Positions 18,653-28,466 of a stretch of 45,955 nt of DNA are shown one piece after another. The notes below the pieces were generated by a model, which did no database searches, had not been told where the DNA came from, and saw only the letters and a program-made list of their open reading frames with translations. Source of the stretch: an uncultured Chitinophagaceae bacterium (lineage in GTDB: Bacteria; Bacteroidota; Bacteroidia; NS11-12g; UBA9320); assembly GCA_964482155.1 (NCBI GenBank), contig CAYZWM010000003.1:1-45955 (forward strand), given 5' to 3'. The position numbers were made by a program, and so were the translations under genes. Numbering within the stretch: position 1 is the stretch's first letter; every line of letters begins with the position of its first letter.

Positions 18653-18889
18653 TTACTTTGTGTGTTCTTCAATGTACGAAACAGCTTGTCCTACTGTTCC
18701 AATCTTCTCCGCCTGCTCATCAGGGATAGCGATATTGAATTCTTTTTCGAATTCCATAATCAATTCCACTGTGTCCAAAGAATCAGCGCCTAGGTCGTTC
18801 GTAAAACTAGCCTCTAATGTAACTTCTGATTTTTCTACACCGAGTTTGTCAACGATGATGTCGGTTACTTTTGATGCAATTTCTGACAT
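18653..18889 (-). CDS. acpP: Acyl carrier protein
   Basis: 78 aa with the phosphopantetheine site [16 protein letters not shown]. Confidence 0.95.
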   Translation of the reverse strand: MSEIASKVTDIIVDKLGVEKSEVTLEASFTNDLGADSLDTVELIMEFEKEFNIAIPDEQAEKIGTVGQAVSYIEEHTK

Positions 18890-18995
18890 TGTTTTTACTT
18901 TTTAAGTCGTTAAGGGTGCAAAGAACATTTTTTTCCTCAAAAAACACAAGTAAAAAGTTTCAGTACTTAATTTTGACGTAATAATAACTTGGACC

Positions 18996-19409
18996 TTGAA
19001 ACGTCATATTCTTAGAGATTATAAAAACTTTCCAAGTCAGGTCTTCGGTCTGGTAAGTGCGAAGTCATTCACTCAGTTGGCATGGGCCCTTAGGGAGTAC
19101 CTTCACCTGCGGTTTGTACGCGACGAGGATATTTCTCTTGTAATTGATGGTGCAACCCACTACTGGCCTCGATTTACCTACCACGACCCAGAGTCAGAAA
19201 CTATGTATTCTCTCATCAAAAACAAAAGCGTAGATGGTTTATTAGCACCCGAATTAAAGAACGTCGATGTGTTTTTAGTCGAGATGAATCAAAACTTAAC
19301 ATTTCAATTAAACCTGGATAATATATCGGAAATTAATTTTGTCCACTTTTGTTTCGAAATCGAGACAAACATGATAAAACACGAAACTCAGCATTTATTA
19401 CATGAGTAA
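18996..19409 (+). CDS. IPExxxVDY family protein (Bacteroidota-specific, unknown function)
   Basis: YSLIKNKSVDGLLAPELKNVDVFLV matches the family signature region (here APExxxVDV). TTG start. Confidence 0.65.
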   Translation: MKRHILRDYKNFPSQVFGLVSAKSFTQLAWALREYLHLRFVRDEDISLVIDGATHYWPRFTYHDPESETMYSLIKNKSVDGLLAPELKNVDVFLVEMNQNLTFQLNLDNISEINFVHFCFEIETNMIKHETQHLLHE

Positions 19410-19474
19410 TGTCGAATTTTGCGATTAAGTAGTTAAACCCCATAATTGAATTTGATACGCCGTATTGGCATGAT

Positions 19475-20902
19475 ATGAATATTATTCACAACAAAACTAA
19501 AATCATTGCGACTGTTGGCCCAGCGACCTCTGATATAAATATTTTACGCGAACTGGTTGTTGCAGGCATGGATGTCTGTCGGATTAACTTCTCCCACGGC
19601 ACACACGAGCAACACCTTCTCATTGTACAACACATTAAAAGTATTAATCGTGAATTAGGCCGAAACATCTCTTTATTGGGTGATTTACAAGGACCAAAAC
19701 TTCGTCTTGGAGAAATTGAAGAGGGAACAGAGCTTGTCGATGGAACAGAGGTAATAATAACCATAGAAGAGTGCATTGGTAACGCCAAGAAGGTATTTGT
19801 AAAATACCCAGCACTTCCTTTAGATATAAAAGTAGGCGACTCTATATTGATCGACGATGGCAACATCAGTCTCATCGTTACCGAAAAAACAAATTCCAAA
19901 AGTTTCAAGACTCAAGTGGTTCACGGTGGACCCGTATCTTCAAAAAAAGGATTCAACCTACCCAACACGGCCATAAGTTTGCCGTGCTTAACAGAAAAAG
20001 ACCTGATAGATTTAGCTTTTGCTGTTGAAAACCAATTCGACTGGATTGGCCTGTCTTTTGTTCGACAAGGTGCAGATGTAACGGAACTCAAACAACGAAT
20101 TGCCGACCTGGGCGGTACAGCCCGCGTTATTGCCAAAATAGAAAAACCGGAAGCCATTCGATATATCAAGTCCATTGTAAAAAAGTCTGATGCCGTTATG
20201 GTTGCACGTGGCGACCTGGGGGTTGAATTGCCTCTGGAACAGGTGCCGTTATTGCAAAAGAAAATTGTTGAGCGCTGTATCAATTTTTCTAAACCGGTTA
20301 TTATTGCTACCCAAATGATGGAGAGCATGATTAATCATGCACGACCTACACGAGCAGAAGCTAGTGACGTTGCTAATGCCGTTATGGATGGTGCTGATGC
20401 CGTTATGTTAAGTGCAGAGACCTCCGTAGGCAAATATCCATTGGAAGCGGTTAAAGCCGTTCAAAAAATCGTTGGTTCTACGGAAGAAGGTTGGGACATT
20501 TATTATAAAGGTAAAAAACCTTCTAAATCATCGCCGACTTTTTTATCCGACCAAATATGCTTCGCCGCCGTACAAATTAGCGAGCAAATTTCAGCGAAGG
20601 CCATCATATCTTTAACTCAATCGGGTTACACGGCTTTTAAGATTGCCAGTTACCGACCCAAATGCGATATTTTTATTTTCACCAGTAACAAGACTATATT
20701 TCGGTTGTTGAATTTGGTCTGGAATGTTCAGGTATTCTATTATGACAAAATGGACAGTACCGATCGAACAATGACGGACGTACTGAACATTCTGAAGGAT
20801 AAAAAGTTAATAAAGGTGGGAGACTTGGTAGTTCATACGGCCAGCATGCCGATAATGTCCAAATCCCGAACAAATGCATTAAAGATTACACGCGTAGATT
20901 AA
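19475..20902 (+). CDS. pyk: Pyruvate kinase
   Basis: TKIIATVGPA, RINFSHG, GDLQGPKLR, MVARGDLGVE and IATQMMESM motifs. Confidence 0.95.
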   Translation: MNIIHNKTKIIATVGPATSDINILRELVVAGMDVCRINFSHGTHEQHLLIVQHIKSINRELGRNISLLGDLQGPKLRLGEIEEGTELVDGTEVIITIEECIGNAKKVFVKYPALPLDIKVGDSILIDDGNISLIVTEKTNSKSFKTQVVHGGPVSSKKGFNLPNTAISLPCLTEKDLIDLAFAVENQFDWIGLSFVRQGADVTELKQRIADLGGTARVIAKIEKPEAIRYIKSIVKKSDAVMVARGDLGVELPLEQVPLLQKKIVERCINFSKPVIIATQMMESMINHARPTRAEASDVANAVMDGADAVMLSAETSVGKYPLEAVKAVQKIVGSTEEGWDIYYKGKKPSKSSPTFLSDQICFAAVQISEQISAKAIISLTQSGYTAFKIASYRPKCDIFIFTSNKTIFRLLNLVWNVQVFYYDKMDSTDRTMTDVLNILKDKKLIKVGDLVVHTASMPIMSKSRTNALKITRVD

Positions 20903-21406
20903 ATGGAAGAAATCATAAATAAAGTGGCCAAGAGCGGGTTGATTACATTCAACTTAGAAGAATTCTACGATCAAACAGAATGTGTAGAGTTTGACATGAA
21001 ACCGCAATTGTTTCATGAGTTAATACTCAAGGAGAAAGATTTTAGAGGCTTTATTAAAACCCACGACTGGCAACAGTATCAGGATAAAAATGTGGCTTTG
21101 TTTTGCAGCAACGATGCCATTGTACCGACATGGGCCTACATGCTCGTGTCCAATAAGCTATCAGGCATTGCCAAAACCGTATTTTTTGGCACAAAAAAGG
21201 ATTTACAACAAGCCACAATCAGCAAAAACCTGGCGAGTATCAATGTCGAAGATTACCGCGACAAGCGTGTAGTCATAAAAGGATGTAGCAAATTTGAGGT
21301 ACCGATTGGGTCCTACGTAGAAATTACAAATAAGCTTACGCCTGTGGTAAAAAGTATCATGTTTGGGGAACCATGTAGCACGGTACCCATTTACAAAAAG
21401 AAGTAA
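20903..21406 (+). CDS. DUF2480 family protein
   Basis: MEEIINKVAKSGLITFNLEEFY...HDWQQYQDKNVALFCSNDAIVPTWAYML...IKGCS...MFGEPCSTVPIYKKK resembles the conserved Flavobacteriia-type DUF2480 proteins. It starts immediately after the pyk stop. Confidence 0.68.
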   Translation: MEEIINKVAKSGLITFNLEEFYDQTECVEFDMKPQLFHELILKEKDFRGFIKTHDWQQYQDKNVALFCSNDAIVPTWAYMLVSNKLSGIAKTVFFGTKKDLQQATISKNLASINVEDYRDKRVVIKGCSKFEVPIGSYVEITNKLTPVVKSIMFGEPCSTVPIYKKK

Positions 21407-21425
21407 CATCTTTACCTCTTCAACT

Positions 21426-21797
21426 ATGCAAAGACGATTTTTAATTATAGGCAGTATTCTGGCTGCAATAAGTGTCGCCATTGGTGCGTTTGGAGCACAC
21501 GGTTTAGAAAAATTTCTCGAAGAAACTGGAAGACATGATGTTTTTGAAACAGCCATCAAGTATCAATTTTATCACACCTTTGCCCTACTTTTTGTAGCCC
21601 TGATCGTCGACAAAGCACATCCAAAATTCCTAAAATATGCGGGATATAGTTTTCTAATCGGCATTCTCTTGTTTTCAGGTTCATTATACGGAATTATCGC
21701 CTTCCAAAACCCTGGGTTAGGTATAATCACTCCGTTTGGAGGTTTATTTTTTATTGTTGGTTGGCTGATGTTGGCAACAGCGGCTATTAAGAAATAG
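21426..21797 (+). CDS. DUF423 (YgdD/TMEM256 family) membrane protein
   Basis: AIGAFGAHGL motif and 4 TM helices. The ATG at 21426 (MQRRFLIIG) is preferred over 21363. Confidence 0.8.
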   Translation: MQRRFLIIGSILAAISVAIGAFGAHGLEKFLEETGRHDVFETAIKYQFYHTFALLFVALIVDKAHPKFLKYAGYSFLIGILLFSGSLYGIIAFQNPGLGIITPFGGLFFIVGWLMLATAAIKK

Positions 21798-24700
21798 TTA
21801 TTCCGGAGCGTCTTTTTTCTTTCTTAAGCGAATGCGATCAAACTGCCTTCGAAAATAAAATCCCACACCTGTAGTCGTTACGTTTGTCACATCTCCTAAG
21901 GTCGGATCATTGGCCAATTTGTGATAGGCTTTGAGTTTAAGCGTTCCATCCTTTTTGAGCTTATAGACCAGGTCAACATTATAGGGGTTTTTGCCACTGT
22001 ATGCATTCGTATTGTAACTGGCCGCCAATTCTACACGCTCATTCAAAAGCTTTCTTCGAGCCGAGAAAATAAGTTCCGCTCTTTCCTGATCGGTTATTCC
22101 GCTTCTCGTCATGTAGTCCACCCCAAAATCCCAATTCTGATCATACTCGGAAATCCAGCTATTCACCTGATTTGAAAGAAAGGTGCCAATACTCGAACTG
22201 ACAATATCTCTATAATCATTGGGTGAAGAACCGCTGCCCAAACCAAAGTTGGCTGCTGGCGAAAATGATCCAAACGTCAATAACGAAAACACCTGTCGGT
22301 TCAATTCGTCGGGATCGGTTTCGATTTTGCGAATAAGGGCATTAAACTCGGTAAAACTACTTACCGAACCCGTTTCTGGAAATTCCCAGTCGAATGTTAT
22401 ATCTGGATTAAAGAGTTCCCCTTTTAGCTTTAGGATGACATTCATCTTAATGTTGGTGTTGTACTCATCATCCAAACCATCAATGGTGCCCATTAAATGT
22501 GATGGGTTTGCTCGATTCCGTGCGACAGCTGCCTGGAGGTTGATCATCGCATTGTATGGATCACCGTTCCAGATTACCTGGCCTCCCTTCCGCAAATCAA
22601 ACTTCTCGCTTACCAGGGTAGGTGATGAAAATGGATAAATACCTTCGCTGATCGTAAACACTCCATACATGTAAAATTCTTCGCCAGTCGCATATTCCAT
22701 CTTTATATGTCCAGAACCACGTCCACTAATCTTATCGTCTAACACCTCGTCAAAAAGAAGAATAAACTCCGCTTCTTCGGTAAGATCAAAATCGAATATC
22801 ATCGTCATTTTCTGATCGTTTTCCTCCTGAACAACGGGGATAACCGATTTATCCTTTATTTCCTTTTTAAACCGGATATAGTCTACCAGGTCATTATCCG
22901 ATTCGTCATAGATTGGTATCGTTAGGCGAGAGCCTCTGTTGGTTTTCCCTTTTATTTGAATAACCATATCGTTAACCGGACCTTTAAAGCTTGCACGACC
23001 CGTTGCGAAGCCCGTACCATAAAAAACATCGTTGTGCTCTTGAGTGGTATTGAGAACCATAATGTTGTTTGCTTCTTCAATGGCAATATTGAAGACCATG
23101 TTTCCAAAAAAGTCGTGTTTGATCTGACCTTTAAGAAAGGCACTATCTCCACGTTCGTCTTGAATTTTCAAGCGTTTAAAGTCGATGGATTTGTCCGACA
23201 ACCCCACCTTGTCGTTGATAAAATACATTGTATTTAGGTAATCCACCAACAAGCTTACGTTCTTCGCTTCGATCACCCCCTTAAATTTTGGATCGCTAAA
23301 CGTACCATATACACGGATATCGCCATCAATTTCGCCGTCAAATTGGGAAGCCACTCCCTTAAACCATACTTCCATCGGTTTAATGGATGCATTTCTGGCC
23401 ATTACGTTCATACTGATTTTACCGTTGTTCGAGGTTAGATCAAGCTTACCTTCGGCACTTACGTTCTTAAACAAACCATCCGTTACCGTCGCAACGACTT
23501 CCAAAATCAACGGGTTTTTATCTGTTTTAGTTCGAATCTCCAAATTCCCCAGCGTGTCTCCGTTTATAGCAAGATCCTGAATTTTTATGTTGCCATGAAT
23601 AACTGGCCTATTAAGCATTTGAAAAATCCCGATAGAATCGTCAGAAACTCCTCCGAGTTGCAGATTAATGCCCTCCAAAAGAGGGTTAAAACTTGACAAA
23701 TCGAGATTCGTAGTATGAATGAGTAGTCGATCTCCTTTTTGATCTGAGACGATTCCTCGAATCGTTAGATACTGATCTTCATTGGATACGTTAAAATTAT
23801 CAACGACCAATTGACCATTAGCCCAAAGTGCATAGTTGCCGCCTTCTATAACCCAGGGTTGCTGATCAAGGTATAATGTCGACTGTTCAAGCTCGATTTG
23901 AACGGAGTCGTTTCCAAAATCTAAGGAACCGTATGATCGCAAAGCAATTAAGTCAGACGTATCCGCAAAATCCAATAGAAATTCAACGTAGTTCGGCAGG
24001 ATGCTGGCATTGAGAAGGACGTCTGTGGTAACCGGTTCACCGCCGGAAGTAAGGTTCGCAACGTCAGCACTTAAATTAAGCAACTGATGAGGTCGTTTTC
24101 GGACAACAAGTGCATAACCGTTTCCCGTATATTCGTCATAACTAACATAATCAAATCTACCTGACGACTCTAAACTTTCTTCTCGGGTATCGTAATCGAT
24201 ACGAAGTTTTCCATTACCCAGTTTCACATTGTACGGAGTCCAATACGAAATCAAGTCATTTTCTTTAATTTGAAAATTTGCCGTGGCTTTAATTTCATGA
24301 TCGAGTGAAATGGAGTCATAGAAATCCGGGAAAAGGGTGTTTAAAAAGTCTTGATAAACCTGAGAAAGGTCATTCAAACTAAATTCCCCTTCAACATCTC
24401 CATTTAAATAATCAGATTGAATAGCGATTTTTCGATTATCCGCGCCAAAACTGCTTTGAATGTTTAGGGTATCCATTTCCAGCAATCTACCTTGACGACT
24501 TACCTTGATATCCGATAGATTTGCGAATCCCGATATATTATCCGGATCGTTTCCCGTCATTTTAATAACCAGGTTTGCGGCAATAAGCGTTTCTGTCGTA
24601 TCAAAATTTAAGGCTTGCAGGTTAATATTTCTGATCTCAGAAGCAAAATCAAACGTTGGCATTTCTGATTTAAAATCAACCTTTCCGTTAAAGGTAAAAT

Positions 24701-26192
24701 CGGCATTTGGATCATTTAGCCACGCTTCTCCATCAAACTTCTGGTCTGTATACAAACCATTCGCCTTTATATCTTGAATTCTAGTGCCGTTAAAATCCAA
24801 ATAATCAATCTCACTCTTAAACCGAGTTCTTAGTTTCTCGAAAGTCAGACCTTGTCCTTCCTCTAAAACGAAAGAAAAGGAAGTTTTTCCAAGTTGATTG
24901 TTTTCCAAAAAACGGCCAATGTCGAAATTTTCCGCTACCAGCTTTCCAGTATAGCTGGCATAGTCGTTTTGAAGAAGTTTAAAATTGATTCGTGAAATGA
25001 GTTTACCCATATTCGAATGCAAAACCCCGTCTGCTGCAAAATCTGTATAAAAGCCGGTAACATGCCCCTTAAAATTAAATGCATTAAAACGGTGAAGCTT
25101 GTCTGGAAGTTTCAATTTCATAACCTCCTCAATATCGTGCGTAGTGGCCGAAAGTCCATCTACTTTTAAGTTAATAAACGATGAGCGCCATTCGGGTAGG
25201 CCACGCAGATCAATGTCCCCTTTTATAGTGCTCGAAGCTCCAATTCCAAGTTCGAAATCGGTCACCTTAAAGTTGCTGACATAGCCCTTAGCCTTGCCCT
25301 TGAATCGAATTCGATTGTGTTTGTATGGATTTAAGTTATAGGAAAAATACGCTAGATCTGACGCCGATATTTCGGTATGGTTCAATTCGGTTCGAACATA
25401 AACACTGTCAATAAAATATCGAAAGCTTTGATAGCTCGAATAGTCGAAGGCAATATATTCTTCCAGAACAGATTCTGCCGTTTTAAGTTGCATTTGCTGG
25501 AATTCCATTCCAGTTCTATGCACCTTAGCCTTGCATACCAGTCGTTCAATTTCTAGACCATTTTTTTCAACTGCGTTTAGATTCTTGATCTTAAAATCAA
25601 GCGAATCACCAATAAGGTAGAAATCTTTAAACTCGCCGTTGATTTGATTAAAGGCAAAATCATTTTCATCAAACGTCCGATCAGAAGGTGGGTCATGACC
25701 ATCAACGCGAAAACGAAACTGTCCGTTTTCAATTTCGATGTTCTTAAACAGGATATTCCATATGCCATTACCCGTCGTATCCTTTTTGGCAATATCCACC
25801 AAAAACTGAAAATTTAATTCGTCGTCTCCAGTTCGTTGCCTGAAATTGACAAGGGGGTCCTTAATGACCACATTCCCCACAATCGCCTTTTTGCCTTCCT
25901 TGTTGTAGGATAACAGTTTAAGTTGCAATTGATGAATAAAAAAAAGTGAATCAGACTGTTTGTCTTTAATAAGGATATCGTTCAATTTCATCTTACCCGA
26001 CCAACTCAAATTGACGGACTTAATTGACACCTCCGTCTCTAGAGTCTCGGATAGAGAATTTGTTATTTTTCCAACCACCCATGATTGGACAAAAGGCATG
26101 CTTATCAAAAATGATGAAATAACACAAAGCACCAAGAGTACAAGCAGTACCCTCAGCCCGATTTTTGCTATCTTTGAAAAAACTTTTTTCAA
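21798..26192 (-). CDS. tamB: Translocation and assembly module protein TamB-like (DUF490)
   Basis: 1464 aa with an N-terminal TM anchor, long beta-rich repeats and a C-terminal DUF490-like region. It is divergent from tsaD, as is common in Bacteroidota. TTG start. Confidence 0.78.
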   Translation of the reverse strand: MKKVFSKIAKIGLRVLLVLLVLCVISSFLISMPFVQSWVVGKITNSLSETLETEVSIKSVNLSWSGKMKLNDILIKDKQSDSLFFIHQLQLKLLSYNKEGKKAIVGNVVIKDPLVNFRQRTGDDELNFQFLVDIAKKDTTGNGIWNILFKNIEIENGQFRFRVDGHDPPSDRTFDENDFAFNQINGEFKDFYLIGDSLDFKIKNLNAVEKNGLEIERLVCKAKVHRTGMEFQQMQLKTAESVLEEYIAFDYSSYQSFRYFIDSVYVRTELNHTEISASDLAYFSYNLNPYKHNRIRFKGKAKGYVSNFKVTDFELGIGASSTIKGDIDLRGLPEWRSSFINLKVDGLSATTHDIEEVMKLKLPDKLHRFNAFNFKGHVTGFYTDFAADGVLHSNMGKLISRINFKLLQNDYASYTGKLVAENFDIGRFLENNQLGKTSFSFVLEEGQGLTFEKLRTRFKSEIDYLDFNGTRIQDIKANGLYTDQKFDGEAWLNDPNADFTFNGKVDFKSEMPTFDFASEIRNINLQALNFDTTETLIAANLVIKMTGNDPDNISGFANLSDIKVSRQGRLLEMDTLNIQSSFGADNRKIAIQSDYLNGDVEGEFSLNDLSQVYQDFLNTLFPDFYDSISLDHEIKATANFQIKENDLISYWTPYNVKLGNGKLRIDYDTREESLESSGRFDYVSYDEYTGNGYALVVRKRPHQLLNLSADVANLTSGGEPVTTDVLLNASILPNYVEFLLDFADTSDLIALRSYGSLDFGNDSVQIELEQSTLYLDQQPWVIEGGNYALWANGQLVVDNFNVSNEDQYLTIRGIVSDQKGDRLLIHTTNLDLSSFNPLLEGINLQLGGVSDDSIGIFQMLNRPVIHGNIKIQDLAINGDTLGNLEIRTKTDKNPLILEVVATVTDGLFKNVSAEGKLDLTSNNGKISMNVMARNASIKPMEVWFKGVASQFDGEIDGDIRVYGTFSDPKFKGVIEAKNVSLLVDYLNTMYFINDKVGLSDKSIDFKRLKIQDERGDSAFLKGQIKHDFFGNMVFNIAIEEANNIMVLNTTQEHNDVFYGTGFATGRASFKGPVNDMVIQIKGKTNRGSRLTIPIYDESDNDLVDYIRFKKEIKDKSVIPVVQEENDQKMTMIFDFDLTEEAEFILLFDEVLDDKISGRGSGHIKMEYATGEEFYMYGVFTISEGIYPFSSPTLVSEKFDLRKGGQVIWNGDPYNAMINLQAAVARNRANPSHLMGTIDGLDDEYNTNIKMNVILKLKGELFNPDITFDWEFPETGSVSSFTEFNALIRKIETDPDELNRQVFSLLTFGSFSPAANFGLGSGSSPNDYRDIVSSSIGTFLSNQVNSWISEYDQNWDFGVDYMTRSGITDQERAELIFSARRKLLNERVELAASYNTNAYSGKNPYNVDLVYKLKKDGTLKLKAYHKLANDPTLGDVTNVTTTGVGFYFRRQFDRIRLRKKKDAPE

Positions 26193-26243
26193 CAGTTCGA
26201 AATTAGCGAAACTCCACCCAAAACGTACAACAAGTAACTTTAA

Positions 26244-27260
26244 GTGCTTTCAAAACAAGACATTATAATTTTGGCCATCGAATCTTCGTGCGATGACACG
26301 GCGGCCGCAGTAATTATGAACGGCAAAATGTGTTCCAACGTGGTCGCCAGTCAGGAAATTCACAGAGAATATGGAGGCGTAGTTCCGGAATTGGCCTCCC
26401 GTGCCCATCTTCAACACATATTACCCGTGGTTGATGCTGCTCTAAAAAAGGCCAAAATAACCAAGGCCGATTTATCTGCTGTTGCTTTTACCCAGGGCCC
26501 CGGACTTTTAGGTTCTCTTATGGTGGGTTCGAGTTTTGCTAAATCCATGGCTTTAGCCTTACAGGTTCCCCTCATTGCTGTAAACCATCTCGATGCTCAT
26601 GTGTTGGCTCATTTCATTGGCAATACCGACGCACAATTCCCCTTTTTGTCTTTATTGGTGAGTGGCGGACACACCCAGTTGGTTAAAGTTTCTTCTCCAT
26701 CCGATTTTGAAATTTTAGGCAAAACCAGAGACGATGCTGCAGGAGAAGCATTTGACAAAACAGCCAAAATGTTAGGCCTTCCTTACCCCGGCGGTCCAGA
26801 ACTTGACAAGCTTGCACAGCACGGAGACCCAACCAAATATCGATTCCCAGATTCCAGAGTGGGCGAGTTGGAATTTAGTTTCTCCGGACTCAAAACTGCC
26901 GTCCTATATTTTCTGAGAGACGAAAAAGAAAAGAATCCAGAATTTGTGGAACAAAATTTGAACGATATATGTGCATCGATTCAACACACTATTGTGTCTT
27001 ATTTAATGAGAAAATTGGAAAAGGCGGCCAACGAAACAGGAATTAAGGAAATAGCCATAGCTGGCGGGGTTTCGGCAAACAGCCGTTTGCGTTCGTCGGT
27101 AAGAGAGCTCGCCGTAAAAAAAGGTTGGAACGTGTTTATTCCTGAGTTGGAATACTGCACAGACAATGCGGCCATGATTGCACAGGCGGCTTATTTCCAA
27201 TACATTGATAAAACATTTGCGAATCAGGATTCGATTCCGTTCGCACGAATTGCGAAATAA
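26244..27260 (+). CDS. tsaD: tRNA N6-adenosine threonylcarbamoyltransferase TsaD
   Basis: ILAIESSCDDTAAAV, HLxAH, VSGGHT and IAGGVSAN motifs. GTG start. Confidence 0.93.
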   Translation: MLSKQDIIILAIESSCDDTAAAVIMNGKMCSNVVASQEIHREYGGVVPELASRAHLQHILPVVDAALKKAKITKADLSAVAFTQGPGLLGSLMVGSSFAKSMALALQVPLIAVNHLDAHVLAHFIGNTDAQFPFLSLLVSGGHTQLVKVSSPSDFEILGKTRDDAAGEAFDKTAKMLGLPYPGGPELDKLAQHGDPTKYRFPDSRVGELEFSFSGLKTAVLYFLRDEKEKNPEFVEQNLNDICASIQHTIVSYLMRKLEKAANETGIKEIAIAGGVSANSRLRSSVRELAVKKGWNVFIPELEYCTDNAAMIAQAAYFQYIDKTFANQDSIPFARIAK

Positions 27261-27261
27261 A

Positions 27262-28080
27262 ATGAGAAAAAAAATAATTGTATTGTTTGCTCTATTGAGC
27301 ACTGGCTTTTTAGGAAAAGCCCAAATGGCAGATTCAACGTTGTATCGTACCAACAAGGTAAAAGAGGTTAAATCCTGGGTACATGTGGTTGGGTTTGAGA
27401 GTACAAACGACACCTGTCTTTTTACCACCAAAAAATTAAACTCCCAGGGCCTACCTACCTATATCAACATTAATTATGGCTGTCAGGGATGGAATAACGT
27501 GACGGAAATAAAGTACACCTACAATGAAAACTACCAAATGGTTGGAATGGAGACCATTCGAAACGATGAATTACTCAATACCGTTTCGCTTGAGGTGGAT
27601 TCGTTGGGCCGGGTAACCAGGGAAACCAATACGGTTTATGACCCATTTGAAGTTGTAGTTGGACATAACACTTACTTTGGCGATGGAGTATTGGCCGATT
27701 CCATGCACACCTTAACTGTAGTAAAGGGTGACACCAATTACACCCGAACAGTGTACACCTACCTAAATGGTAAGTTGAAAAAATCTCAAATGGTTGATAT
27801 CGTTAACAACAAACCCATTAACCATCTGACCAATAAATATGACTCAAAAGGCCGTTTAATTCGGGAAGAGTTTATCTATTTTTTAGGGTATGACAATGAC
27901 AACATCACCAAATTAGAATACAATTGGAAAGATCAGGTTGTAAAAACACACAGTGAACTGGACAAGATTGCGGCTCACTTTTATTACAATAACATAGGGC
28001 TGCCAGTTTTGACTCATTATTTTAATAAATTTGAGTCATTGGAACGCGAAATGTGGCACAAATACTTGTTTTATGAATAG
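27262..28080 (+). CDS. Secreted hypothetical protein with YD/RHS-like beta-hairpin repeats
   Basis: Signal MRKKIIVLFALLSTGFLGKAQ. Recurrent Y-x-Y-x(2-4)-G-[KRQ]-[LMV] units (YTYNENYQMVG, DSLGRVTRE, YTYLNGKLKK, KYDSKGRLIRE). It starts 1 nt after the tsaD stop. Confidence 0.6.
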   Translation: MRKKIIVLFALLSTGFLGKAQMADSTLYRTNKVKEVKSWVHVVGFESTNDTCLFTTKKLNSQGLPTYININYGCQGWNNVTEIKYTYNENYQMVGMETIRNDELLNTVSLEVDSLGRVTRETNTVYDPFEVVVGHNTYFGDGVLADSMHTLTVVKGDTNYTRTVYTYLNGKLKKSQMVDIVNNKPINHLTNKYDSKGRLIREEFIYFLGYDNDNITKLEYNWKDQVVKTHSELDKIAAHFYYNNIGLPVLTHYFNKFESLEREMWHKYLFYE

Positions 28081-28456
28081 TCTGAATTGGCTTTGGGTTG
28101 CCCTCGGTGGCGGTTTGGGTGCTGGCGCACGATATGGCGTGGCCGTTCTTCTGCCTACCTCAGGTGAAAAAATGCAATTCCCCTGGGCTACACTCTCCGT
28201 TAATCTTCTGGGTTGTTTTCTAATCGGTTTATTATGGCAGGTCTTAGGCAAAAGCAGTCATCTAAATGCGTTTTGGGTGATCGGCTTTCTTGGAGGTTTT
28301 ACGACGTTTTCAAGTTTTGGACTCGACAGTCTGAAACTGATTAATCAAGGGGCATTTACCAGCTTCTTTGTTTACATATTAATTAGCAATATTGTAGGTC
28401 TTCTTTTCGTTTTTGGTGGTGTAAAGCTTGCCGAATTATCGAGATTGGGATTATAA
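28073..28456 (+). CDS. crcB: Fluoride efflux channel CrcB
   Basis: ~127 aa with 4 TM helices, GGGLGAGARY and GFLGGFTTFSSF motifs. The ATG at 28073 overlaps the upstream stop by 8 nt. Confidence 0.9.
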   Translation: MNSLNWLWVALGGGLGAGARYGVAVLLPTSGEKMQFPWATLSVNLLGCFLIGLLWQVLGKSSHLNAFWVIGFLGGFTTFSSFGLDSLKLINQGAFTSFFVYILISNIVGLLFVFGGVKLAELSRLGL

Positions 28457-28466
28457 ATACATACAA

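Noticed and set aside
19486-20328. Two long antisense ORFs (140 and 135 aa) inside pyk. Similar shadow ORFs occur inside ccmF (42167-42577, 43019-43393), fumC (37676-38134), tamB (22219-22638 and others), the PKD protein (3659-4021, 4114-4465) and the CXXCH genes (12508-12852, 13828-14214).
   Set aside because: They lie opposite to, or out of frame with, strongly supported genes, and they have odd composition (Ser/Arg/Cys/Pro-rich). They are typical shadow frames.
27262-28072. Fluoride riboswitch upstream of crcB.
   Set aside because: There is no non-coding space. crcB overlaps the preceding coding sequence, which itself abuts tsaD.
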